Assembly: GCA_000934665.2 (NCBI GenBank)
Contig: JYFJ02000966.1
Location: forward strand, 62,001-98,423
DNA: 36,423 nucleotides
Reading direction: 5' to 3'
From: Catajapyx aquilonaris
Lineage: Eukaryota
In this document: positions 25,501-36,423 of the stretch, piece after piece
How positions within the stretch are numbered: the stretch's first letter is position 1
Layout of the letters: each line of letters begins with the position of its first letter
Made by a program: the position numbers and the translations under genes
The notes under the pieces: generated by a model
What the model saw: only the letters and a program-made list of their open reading frames with translations
The model's database searches: none
Told to the model about the DNA's origin: nothing

Positions 25501-26473
25501 TTAGAATTCCAGCAGTGTTGCCCAGGCCATAACTTACATTAAAAGTCAATGTAGCTGTGCACTTTGGGGGAGTACGGTACTGGTAGAGTTAGAGACACAA
25601 GTACAAGTTGAGGGGTTATTATACTGTTGGCTGGTCGTTTAGGAGGTTCCTTCTTTTTCTGGTCTCTTGTCTTTTTTGGGTGGAGGGGCATCAGGTATAA
25701 AGCGAGACTAGGCTTGGGGGGTCATTAAAGCAGAGCGGAGACCCCGCCTTAATTCGGCCATGTTTTATGCGGGTGTCTCCAGTGTCTCCGAGTCCCATCT
25801 GTAGGCGGGCTCGGTAGCCGTCAGCGAGTTTGACAGCCACATCTATCTCCTCTCTCTAGGGAAAACCTCTCTTCTCTCTCTCCCCCCTCCCTCCTATATG
25901 CCTTTGCTTGGACTGTTGTCCTGCCCTCACCTCGGGCTCATTCGCAGCTACCTCTTTTGTCTCCAACCAAACCATTCCTTCCAGCATGTTTGACCCGCAT
26001 GCACACACCCCCGCTGATCTCGCACAATGCCAGCACCGACCTCTCCACGTCACTGACCCTACACTGGAAATAGCGCACCCTATTGCAATAGAAACAGTCT
26101 CGGCATCTCATTTCCGTATAAAAGGAATGGCGCGCACCATGGGTAGTTGCACGTATTTCCGGCTGATGATAAGTAATGTTGAAGATGATGAGTCGCGCGG
26201 GTTGGGCTTGGTTTGGCTCCAGCAGCATCAGCATCAGAAGCCGCTCGGCGTGAGTCCCCTGGAGGGAAAATGGAGAAAAGGTAGTCTGGGGAAGGCAGGA
26301 CGGTTCTGGACTCCCCGCATGGAATCCGAGTACGTGCGGTTGGGGGGTCCCAGTTGGGTCCCAGCGGGTCGGAATTGGGAAACCGAACCTGCCCTCTCTC
26401 TCTCTCGAGATGGGAAGGTTTTTACCAGCAAAGATTCATTCACTTCTGTCTGTTCCATTCATGTGAATTCCGG

Positions 26474-26496
26474 CCGCCATGTTTGCCCGCCATCTT
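26474..26496. promoter_or_regulatory. Tandem YY1/Pleiohomeotic consensus sites
   Basis: CCGCCATGTT (26474-26483) and CCGCCATCTT (26487-26496) both match CCGCCATNTT perfectly. This is a motif match only, and binding is unverified. Confidence 0.35.
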
Positions 26497-28061
26497 CGCA
26501 GCTGGCAGCTCCCGATATACCCTCGACAATAACTCATTTGTTACCTCTACGACTTCTCTCCCGGCTAATTAATCTCTCTCCTGGGGGAATATTGATACCC
26601 CCATGGTTTGTGCTGCAAAAGAAGGTGGGTGGTTTTCCATGCCAAGGACGAGCCACCCGGTGTCTGAACTTCCCTCAAAGGGCGTCTTACTTCTGCCTGA
26701 CGATGCTCGAACTCTGCTGGGCTTTTCATTGATGAGGTGCCAACCCGGCTATCTATCGGCCCCGAGGATTATTATGATTCCGTCTTACCCTTGACGACCT
26801 TCTCTCTCGACCTGTCACGAACCGATTGTTAAGGAGGAATCGTCTCGGGAGCTGATATCTGCCCAATTACGGACCATCTTCCACATCGTATATCTTCCCT
26901 CGGCCTAGCATTAATCACCAAAGCGGATCAACCAAGGATTTCCATATATGGCCCCGCATTTTTAATGTCGATTGACAGTCGCCAAAAATTGGTCAATCGG
27001 AATATTTATGCTTCTGCTTCTGGATACAAGGTTGGGGTCCAGAAGATGGATGAAACTGTACACAAGTTTGACCTCGAGGCATCCGAGAATTCTGTCTTAA
27101 ATAATTTGAATTATCCACCGCGACAGGTTATATTCATCCTTATGGTTATGGTTAATATTATTTTGAACAGATAGCAGTATTTCCTCTCTTCTTTTTCCTC
27201 CTCATTTCTGTCTCCATCCGTCCCATATTAATATTTTGTGTCTTCTAATAGCCAGATAGCCATTGTTGCTTTGGCTTCTTCTTAATAAACCCAAACCCAG
27301 CTAACATTTTTGACAATAATTGCTGAAACATTTCCAAAGTAACTTCGGCTGAAAATACCCAACGATTTCATTTGGAACACCGTCTGTATATAAAATGTAC
27401 AATGCAAAATAGGAGAAGTGGAGTCACCTGCTGATGTCAGAGACAAATGTGTGGACCTGTACACCTGCGCACCACCGCGATAATTGAGCCAATGGCAATT
27501 GCCGTGCTTTTCCTGCTTTTATGCAATTACCGCGACTTTCATTATTTAAATGGTTGGCCAATTTTATGTGACCGATTTGAAGCGGAAATGTCCCAGCAAC
27601 CATTCTTATCCTAAAGCGGATTTGAAGGCATAAGTGGATTCGCCTAACACATGTTTCGACATCAACGCCAGTGAGTCGAGGGTTGGGCTGATTGTAATTT
27701 CACTTAACCTGATCTCGCTCACCTGCAACGCCCTTATTATCTCCGCAATTATACTTATTTCTCCATTTTAAACGGCTCCTTCCACGCATGTATGCAAAGC
27801 ATGCCCACTCACTCTCCCCAGGTCATAATAATGAGAGAAAATGAATGGTCAGGGCCATTACATTGTTACACTTTTGTTTTGGGAGTCCAGGTGCTGGAAA
27901 TCGTCTCGCCGTTACGTGCGTCTGGAATTGAAACCTGAGTTTCGGGAACATCATATCTCGCCGTGTTATGTGTCAGTAAGTTGGGGGGATCGTTAGGCAG
28001 GTGACAGGCAATAATTTAATCTGCGTTTTGCTGCAACGTTAGTTTGTTTTTTGATCGTTAA

Positions 28062-28265
28062 CAGGGTGTCTCGCCATGTGAGAACAACTGGCTTCGTGTG
28101 CGTCTCTCTGCAATTGAAATTGTGCGCCGAATTCTTTGTTGCAGAGAGGGATGTGCGCGACACCTGTAATTATTGCATTGCTCGAGATATAAAGTTGTTA
28201 AATATATATTGCAAAATATTGGCAATGGCAAAAACTGAGCGAAACTATATTGTTGGGACACCCTG
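28062..28265. mobile_element. Probable Tc1/mariner-type MITE remnant (204 bp)
   Basis: The left end CAGGGTGTCTC (28062-28072) and right end GGGACACCCTG (28255-28265) are inverted repeats at 10/11. The right end is followed by TA and the left is preceded by TAA. TA-CAGGGTG is a typical Tc1/mariner terminus. TIR similarity does not extend beyond about 11 bp. Confidence 0.5.
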
Positions 28266-28557
28266 TAGGTTTTATCAAGGCATTTTTGACAGCTGTCTCC
28301 TCCAGTTGATCCTTTCCCTGTTTATGCTACAAGAACACAATAGTAAATTAGACTTGTATGCTTAATCACTTATCTTAAAAAGTTGCTTTTATGATCCATT
28401 GTGTATATATCAATGCCAACATACACTGTAGTTGAGCTGTGGGTGAATATAGCTCATTTCTGGTACTGTCCCTTTCTTATTGTGGTATTCATACATTTGA
28501 AGGCTCTGAAGATAATGTGCAACACGTTCATGTTCACATTTCACTGATTTTGAGATA

Positions 28558-28618
28558 TGTGGGTTTCATATATGTTTGAAGACGGCATTATCTATCCTGC
28601 GGGTTTGATATGTTTGAA
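28558..28618. repeat. Imperfect direct repeat with 40-bp offset
   Basis: TGTGGGTTTCATATATGTTTGAA (28558-28580) and TGCGGGTTTGATATGTTTGAA (28598-28618). Confidence 0.6.
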
Positions 28619-30191
28619 CTAATATTCATGTGGACTGTTATTATTTCCTCTACCAGAAAATTGCCGACTATCAGAAAGTACACGTTTTCAGGACTCTGAA
28701 ATGCCCAATTCAATTTTGATAAAATTGTGACATTCTGCGTTTCACGTTTTAACTTGATTGACGTATAGTCCAGAGTATGCAGTATATCGTTCCTCATATA
28801 ACCAAGTTCCAGAGCACTTCCTAACAGTTCCTCCTTTTTTCAAAAAAAAAGAAAATTACATTTGGATGGAGGCAAGCAAGTAGCTGTCAGCGCATTTTAT
28901 TTCCTCCCATACATCTGAGTGTCCCTTTTGGCAGCACTTCAGATTTTGGTGAGTTTGGGCCCCCGAGGAAGAAGGCCCCTTTCCATCTCTTATCCTTCCT
29001 CACGGTGTGTGTGTGTACATAAGCATATTCCATCCCCCTTGGCAGAATAAATCTCCCTTGGTTTTGCCCTGGGTCATGGAAAGCGTTCATTTGTCTGGCG
29101 CAGGAAAGGATCATTTTTCTCTTCCCATTTAATGCCCAAATCTTCAGCTGGGTGGGCCCTGATGAATTGGGAAGAGCCCTGTTCGCGAAGAAGCCGCATA
29201 AATTTCCAACCTCCCTGTATATTATATTACATGCATATTATTTCTCGGTGTACTTTTGCTCTGTTTCGCAAAACCGCACCGCCTTTTGTTCGGCTGCCGA
29301 CTCTTCTTCTTAGCCGTGCTGCTGCCTGCAAAACGATCATATCTCCTTATTCCATTCCCTTTGAATTGTCCCGCGCTCTCCTTTAATTTATTCGCGCTCA
29401 CCTTTATAGCCGGAAAAATGAAACAAAAAGGCAGAAGAATCCGGGGGCTGGCTGGCTGGGGTGGGGGCTATATGCTCGTGACACAGATCTTTCTCTGGGC
29501 TCCCGGAATCCTTTGAGGATATTATTCTGGAGGACTTGGCACAGGGACGACTACAGACACTGAATTTGTAACTTTATGCGGGCTTTCGGCGCAGCAAGGT
29601 TTTCTTCTTCTTCTTCTCCTCCTGGGCGGGTTCCGCTCAACACAAACCCGACTGAATTTTCGGCCAGGCAATATGGCTAGGCCTAGGCGCTGGCGGGACT
29701 TTGCTGGAAAACCTGAGTTTGGGGACCAAGTTTTGGGCTTCCAAATTGTGTTGTTTGCAGTTGGAGTTGTTTCCATAAAGTGACACAATCGCGTCTACGA
29801 ATAGAGACTGAATTACTCGCTGCAAGATGACGCGTTGTTTTTGTATAACTTGGGAATAATTCGGTGCCTGCTGCGATGTTGGGTGCCAAAAAGGACGTCA
29901 TTTTGAGATTTTGTCTGTTGTCTGTTGTACATTGCCAATGGCTGTTGCTTAAAAATGAAAATGTGGTAATCACTGCTCTTCATATGGTGCAAAATAATAC
30001 CTCAGCTTATTTAAGAATGCAAAAGACACTATCTGAAAATAAAATTAATTGGTGTGTTTCCGATTTCTCGTGAATATGTATTGGCTATACATTCACTTAA
30101 ATCGCGTTCATTTTCTTGTTAATTAAATTAATTTTGTGACTGACTCGCTGACTTTTTGCAGATAATTTTAGAAGAAATCATATTTGTAACA

Positions 30192-30372
30192 TACTGTAAT
30201 TATACCCTCATTATAGCACAAACATGTCCGTTATATAGAAGTTTTGTTATTTTGATCTCATCGGGACAATATTTTCAATGGATTTATGTCGAACCCAACG
30301 GAAACTTGTTCGGTACGGAAAATATTTTTGGGGAACTAACGGATTTCACTATAATGCACGGATTTTACAGTA
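30192..30372. mobile_element. Degenerate TA-flanked MITE-like element (181 bp)
   Basis: The left end is TACTGTAATTATACCCTCATTATAGCACAAACATGTCCGTTA. The reverse complement of the right end is TACTGTAAAATCCGTGCATTATAGTGAAATCCGTTA. Three colinear blocks (TACTGTAA, CATTATAG, TCCGTTA) are shared, TA sits at both termini, and ACGGA recurs four times in the right half (30298, 30315, 30339, 30358). Confidence 0.55.
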
Positions 30373-31075
30373 CTTCGATGATGAATTCGGATGAACTGGT
30401 TTATATGCTTTTTCCCAAATATATATTATTCCATGGTTAAGTGTAAAAGCTACTACATGATTAGGATTATTCGAAACTACTGGTAATCATTATTTTGTCA
30501 CATGTGCGGTTTAGAACTAATTATGATTAGTTGATTACCTACCGAGAGAGTGGATTCCTGCTGGACTTTGCAGAATATACAGCAGCAAGCATCACTTCTC
30601 GATTTTAACAAGATTGTCTCGAACGAAGGTGGCAATATTTTGGCCATCAATTCCTTTTCAGTTGTGATTAGCTGAGTGGGTAGTTACCAAGTACTACACC
30701 AGCAGGGTAAACAAGTCTACTAAAATTTGCATCTCCAGGGAATCTACATATCACCTGTGGAATTTAACGTCCTGTCAACATATTTATACCGCATGCGCAA
30801 CCAATTTGAGCGAGCTTGTACACACGGAGCGTGTATGTCTCACAGTTAATCAGATGGTGCACTTGTCGCGTCCGGATTTCCCTCTCCTCTCCCTCGTCCT
30901 TCTCTTTTAGATGTAGATTTGTGGCATGGAGCTTGAGTGTTGTGTGTTGGTCCAACATCATTGGTGGGCAAGTCGTCTTGTGTGAAGAGGGACAGCAGCC
31001 AGGGTCTAAAGGCCGGCTCCGAAAACGATGGCCGAAGATTGATGAAGAAGGGAGCTGCCTGCTGGAAACAGCAAT

Positions 31076-31112
31076 GGGAAGGGGAAGGGGGGGGGGATGG
31101 CGGGGATGGGGG
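31076..31112 (+). other. G-quadruplex-forming motif
   Basis: GGG-AA-GGGG-AA-G10-ATGGC-GGGG-AT-GGGGG gives five G-runs of at least 3 with loops of 2-5 nt. Confidence 0.6.
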
Positions 31113-34036
31113 AGAAAAGAATCTCGTTTCATTAACGAGAAGGCGGTTACTTGGCCCATTCTCAAGGCTGCTGCTGCCGGTCATCACCTGCAAGGATATG
31201 CCGCGTCCAGAAGATGGAAGCAAACCATTCTCAGGTGGAAGGGGGCAAACTGGCTCGCATCAGACACCGTTACATGCAAGTGAGAATTACTGGCAGAGCA
31301 ACAAAAAATTAAAATATTTGGCATGGAAAAAAAATTCTAATAAGGGCGGTGTAGAAGTGATGCTGATCTTGCGTGTTTGGGCATCAGGTATACGGGAGCT
31401 GCTCGCTTTGTCAAGAGGCCTCCTAATGGCCCGACTGATGAAGCCTAATGCCCAGCAGACGCTGCCAGGAGGAGGAAAAGGGGGAACGGATAAAAACTCA
31501 CCCAGATTAATGTGTGTAACTGGATGCACTTGTTGAAAGTTTTCAATTAATTGGGGAGGAGTGCATGTTGCTCTGGCCGCCTCTCCAAGGAGATGCGGGG
31601 GATTTTTTTTCTTTGGCCTCCGGGAGCTGCGTGGCCACATCTTGACTTCCATACAGTGTAAGGGTGCTGTGCACAAAATATTTAATGCTGTAGCGTAATG
31701 AGCAGGTACAGGCTCAGGTGTGTCCCAGAAAATGAATTATTATTAAGAGCTTCAAAATGCATCGAGCCATGCACGCAAATATTAAATAAGTTACCATATG
31801 AAACATATATGTCTCTACTCTTTGAAACGACTAATGCAGCTCCACTGTTGGGATATAGACGCATTGTTCCGTAATAAGCATTGATTGATTGCAATGAAAA
31901 AGGATTTTAAAACTATTTATTGACATAACAATGCATTGCTTTTTATACCTTTTCAAAAAATTGTCTGCATTACACACTCATGATGTACAAACGCGTTTTC
32001 TGCAATTTTTTATACATTACTACGTAACACATGGGACAGTGAAATTCTCCGTAACATTATTTTCAGCCATTCACAGGAGGATATCGACCTCTTTGCAGAA
32101 AATCATGTGCTGGAATAACCGCCGTTATTGCTCTTGTTGTCGCAAGTGAATTTTAATAACGGGAATTTAACTTATATGATATACCTATGCTATATTTTAT
32201 GTAACGCTGTGCGGATTTTTTCGAGGACAAATTCAGCTGCCTTTTTTTCTCTCAACTGAAAAGTTACGCTTGTGTGACCGCGACCGAGGTCCAACCGGTG
32301 CTGCTACCTGGTGCCTAATGCGGGATAAGAATTATTGCTTTTTTGCACGCCCGAATGCGACAAGAACTCGCGCAAATATTATCGAGTTGCCCGCCTTATT
32401 CTTTCGCTCTCTCTCTCTCTTCATATTGCAAATGATGTTTTAAGAAGAGCGTTTATTCGAGAAAGGCTCGCCGAAGCGAGAGTATTAATAATGGCTTTAT
32501 TTAAATGCTGCGCACATAAGCGATGTCATTTTTTTCCGGCATGGCTCCGTCTCACATACCTTCCATTGTTTTCTGCATACGTTAAGTGTAATAACCCAGG
32601 AAAAATTGTGTATAGTATGTTATATTTTTACCGCACACGTTATGGCCGTCATATTTCTCGAGGGTTTGACTTCCTTTCTCTTTTCCCTTTGAAATCCCGC
32701 GCCGCGGAGAGGCACAGGCCACACTCTTGACAGAAGCCTGATTTACTTCTGCACATGACATACTGGAGAGTATGTAATGCATGCAGAATAGGAAGAAAGT
32801 CATTGCTGGGGAATCTGCAGCTGAGGCAACATTATTAACCGCGAAGTTGAACCGTCCTCCTACACACGTCTCAGTTAGTCTTTACAGCACACATGATTCA
32901 TGCTCTGTGAGTATGTTGTACACAATTAATTATTATCGGAATATTACCGCACTTGAAAGTACGTATTTCAGTCCTGTACGTGTAATTAGATCAAATTTAT
33001 TTATTGAAAACGTGCCAGCTATATGAGCTAAAAGGCACTTTATGTGTCATTGAACAAAATTTTCAGCTCATTCAATTTTTTTTGGAATAATAATATGAAT
33101 GAACATCAATTACGGACGAGCTTTATTTACTCGTATTTTGATTGAATTGAACTCAAATATTGAGTGAATGTCTCAGAAAACGACAAAGTCCAATATATTT
33201 CAAGGAGAAGTTGAGGGAAATATCAATCTAATAATTGAGAGGGAATAATATACTAGAAATATTATGCGTTTGTATTTACTGTGGCATTTACTATAACTTA
33301 TGTACACACACCAATTTGTCATTTAAGGAAATGATTATTATCGCACTAATTTTGCTTCTGAACTATTTTCAATCGGGCGTTGAGTGTTTTTTGAGGCGTT
33401 GTAACTTTCAGCACGGAATAATTCCACATAAATTAAGTCAGTATCTGGACAGTGTTATAACTTGAAGAAATTGAGCCATCACTTACAAGCGTTAGTGACG
33501 TTAGAAATTGCACGATGGAAAGTGAACTATTCCTTCTTTTTTTCCCCTCCCCAAGGCAATGCTCCGCTGTTAAAAATTATGGGCATGATCTGCACCGTGT
33601 TACACCCGTGCGCTGGAATACCGGAGCAACCGGAATGAATAGGCCGTATACGTGCAGACCCGGCCCGAACACGGTGTCAAATGAAAGGTTGCGTCTTGAG
33701 AAAAGAGATTAAAAACCAGCCTCGGAATGAGTGTTACCAAAAAGGTCGTAACTTATATCGAGGGCATAATAACTCGTGATCTCCTTTGATGCTCGTAGAG
33801 GAAAGAGGGCCCCTCCTTTCCATTTCGCCCCTCGCATCAATGGCTAATTATTTTATTAAGTTGTCTGGACCTGAGGAAAAGGATAACTCAAAAAAGGGGG
33901 GGGTTCTATACACTGCTTGATGCTCCGTGTATATTAAATTGAGATGCCCGCATGGAATTACGACGTCCCAGGCGACTGGGACGCAGCCCGTGACAGACTC
34001 AATGAAGATGGATACAACCCCTGTGTGTGTAACATC

Positions 34037-34382
34037 TACAGGTTGGTACACTCACCAAGTCCATACTGAAAACGCAAAGGGTGCGGGGAGCAACCGCAGA
34101 AATTGTTCAACACCCCCAGCAACCAATTTGAAATGAAGCAACAATTACATATTTATCCTTAATTTATTTTATTTAAAGTGCTGTGATTTGATGAATTAGC
34201 CACACATTTTGTTGAAATTGACAACTGCTTTGTAACGTAATTGAGCAAACGGAGATAAAAAATCACTAAATAGGAATCGGGCTGATTCATGAGGTCAAAG
34301 TGTGACAAACTATTTTCATCATAATTTCTATCGTGTATACATGTGGATGAAGTGTGAGCTTGGAGCAGCGTACCACCCTGTA
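34037..34382. mobile_element. Tc1/mariner-type MITE (342 bp between TA target-site duplications)
   Basis: The left end TACAGGTTGGTACACT-CACCAAGTCCATACT aligns to the reverse complement of the right end, TACAGGGTGGTACGCTGCTCCAAGCTCACACT, at about 25/32 columns. TA lies at 34037-34038 and 34381-34382. The interior is AT-rich and non-coding. Confidence 0.65.
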
Positions 34383-36423
34383 GAAATGGAAAGAGGGGGG
34401 ATAATAAAGGCCGAAGGATTCGGAATTTTAATTGTCTCAGCGTGGACAATAAATTTCGGCGGGATCCATCATGTCCGCTGGCGGGCTGCGTTATATATTA
34501 TATAAATACAGTCTGGTCCAGTGGACCTGATGCTTAACTTTTCCTCGAGTGGACCTTCGAGCATTCATCTCTCCTCTCGTAACTTTTTCGGAGGGGAACC
34601 AGATTTTTATCTGACGCATGCATGTAAGGTGGGTGGATGAGTATTTAGAATGGGGAGAGGGGGGGGTGAGTATATAGAATGCGCAGGGCCAAGTTATGTG
34701 ACGTCCAACATTATCGTAAGCTACTGTGTGAATCAGAAACCGTTCAAAAAAGACCGCCAGCCAAGGGATAATAATGAAGAGGAAAAAAAATTGCGACGTG
34801 AAGCACTTAAAAGTCAGCATTTCCCTGATGTTAATCTGGGCGTGAAAGCGTTGATGAGACTCGTCGATCTTAATCGGAGAGAATGGATTTTTGCATTTTA
34901 TTGGCACACAATGGGTGCGCTGCCGTGTAGCCAGCCAGTACAAGACGTTGACATGTACTGCTTTTTTTTGTTGTTGCCAAGGGTAATACCAAGAATAACC
35001 GGTAGCTTTTAATTTATATTGGGCTGCGGCCACTCTTCAGCGCCTTTGACGGGCCGTCACGTGCTGACGACAGTTGTGAGTTAACACCTGAACTGCTCAA
35101 ATATTGTGCATATACTGTACTTATAATAAATGAGAGTAAAAATTTGTGCAGGATAACAATCGCATCCTTATCGGTGATTATATGGCCACCAGAGTTTATT
35201 TAAGGGTCGCGCAGGACTCTTCTCATATACCGTACATTTTCAAGGAGGATATTGAGCCGCAGTTGGAGCAGCAGCAGCAGCAGCAGGATAAATGGGCGTT
35301 ACCTGACGTAATGAGTAGGTAATTAATGGCCGGAATCGGCCGGTTAATAATGCCTTTCCATGCTGCTTATATAGGAAAGGAAACAGTGCTGCTGGAACTG
35401 AAAACGTGCGAGCCTTAATTAAGTCCAGGAGCACAAGAGGAGCAACTTGCCTGAGCTATACGAAGCGCTCCGATGATGATGCTTGCTGCTTGCCACCCAC
35501 ACATTATGTACTTTGTCAAAAAAATGATTCTTACCACGTCAAATTAACCCATTTTACAGGATGGAACATTGCCCAGGTTGGCACGTCCAGAAATAGAGCC
35601 CAGTACACATCGGGATCTACCTGCGGGAATGCGCATGCGCGTCCATCGCGTTTTGCTCCTCCCCTATTGTGAGAGGTGCCAACATAGGCGCCATCCTGTG
35701 CAAATAATATTGTGAAGAGAATCAGCGACAAAACACTGCTGTTATATGCTTTAGCTGTTAGTTGTGATTGATGCTGTCGTTTTCTCGCTATTAGGAACCT
35801 TAGATCTGACCAATGTTAGGCGCTATCTGGACACAGTCTGAGATTCCCCGAGTCACTAGTGACTACTACACAGGGTGGTCATCAGGATTCGTTTTTTGTG
35901 TCTTTTTTGGGGGGTGGAGAGGGGTCCTAGTAGGGGGAATGGCCTCACCCTGGCTCCGAAGCGAGATATATTTGGCATTCCGACGTGGGTGACTGGAAGG
36001 GAAGAAAAATTGTCCAATCGGGAGGAAAATTATCGGAGGGGGAGGGGGGGTGAGCCCGCGGCGTCACCCCTGGGGTATAGGGGAGAGGACAATAATGGCG
36101 CAGGTGACAGTTGGCCGGCTACCTGTCCCCATGATGCCCCCTCACTTTCGCGTGGGAACTGCCCAAAAGGGACATCCATCAAAGGCATGTGGGCGGAATT
36201 TCATTGGTCCAGGTTTAGGGTCGCTGATTGGTCGCTTTGCTGTGATGTCATCCGGCGTGGCCAGAATTCGGATGGGTTTGGATTCGAAGGTGACTAAATA
36301 TAGCTCTCCAAAAGTAAGGATTGGTAATGTACTGGTTTAATAGGCCATTTTTGGGGGCTGGTGGCTATCGTCCCTCTGGTGCTGCAGTCCAAACAATGCA
36401 GGTTGATTCGGGTGCTGCTGGAG

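Noticed and set aside
25908..26732. 274-aa plus-strand ORF
   Set aside because: It has a non-ATG start and no recognisable domain, reads through CT microsatellite and low-complexity sequence, and overlaps ORFs in other frames. This is consistent with chance in a GC-richer block.
2857..35541. Ten CACGTCA/TGACGTG (CREB/XBP1-type) motifs across the window
   Set aside because: This is only about twice the uniform expectation for a 7-mer, the motif was chosen post hoc, and the sites are not clustered.
35851..35864. Perfect 14-bp palindrome AGTCACTAGTGACT
   Set aside because: About two such palindromes are expected by chance in 36 kb.

Overview
This window looks like non-coding eukaryotic, most likely invertebrate animal, DNA: a large intron or intergenic gene desert. 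None of the supplied ORFs resembles a protein family I recognise. They are short, overlap in all frames and run through homopolymers and microsatellites. I see no prokaryotic gene architecture, CRISPR array, rRNA or intact tRNA. By eye, CpG-containing, GC-richer blocks with polypurine/polypyrimidine tracts alternate with AT-rich spacers. The features I can support are: a degenerate 5' fragment of U2 snRNA on the minus strand (2472-2511) that stops just after the branch-point recognition sequence; four short TA-flanked elements with terminal inverted repeats that look like MITEs (4759-4884, 28062-28265, 30192-30372, 34037-34382); microsatellites; G-quadruplex motifs; several hairpins; and motif clusters resembling regulatory elements (YY1/Pho, NRF1, NF-Y, Hox-Pbx). 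I cannot support a novel biological system from this sequence alone. The best leads are the U2 junction, the MITE families, a pre-miRNA-sized hairpin at 5926-5988 and a tandem YY1/Pho plus GA-repeat module at 26394-26496. All alignments and counts were done by eye. There is one ambiguous base (N) at 4055.
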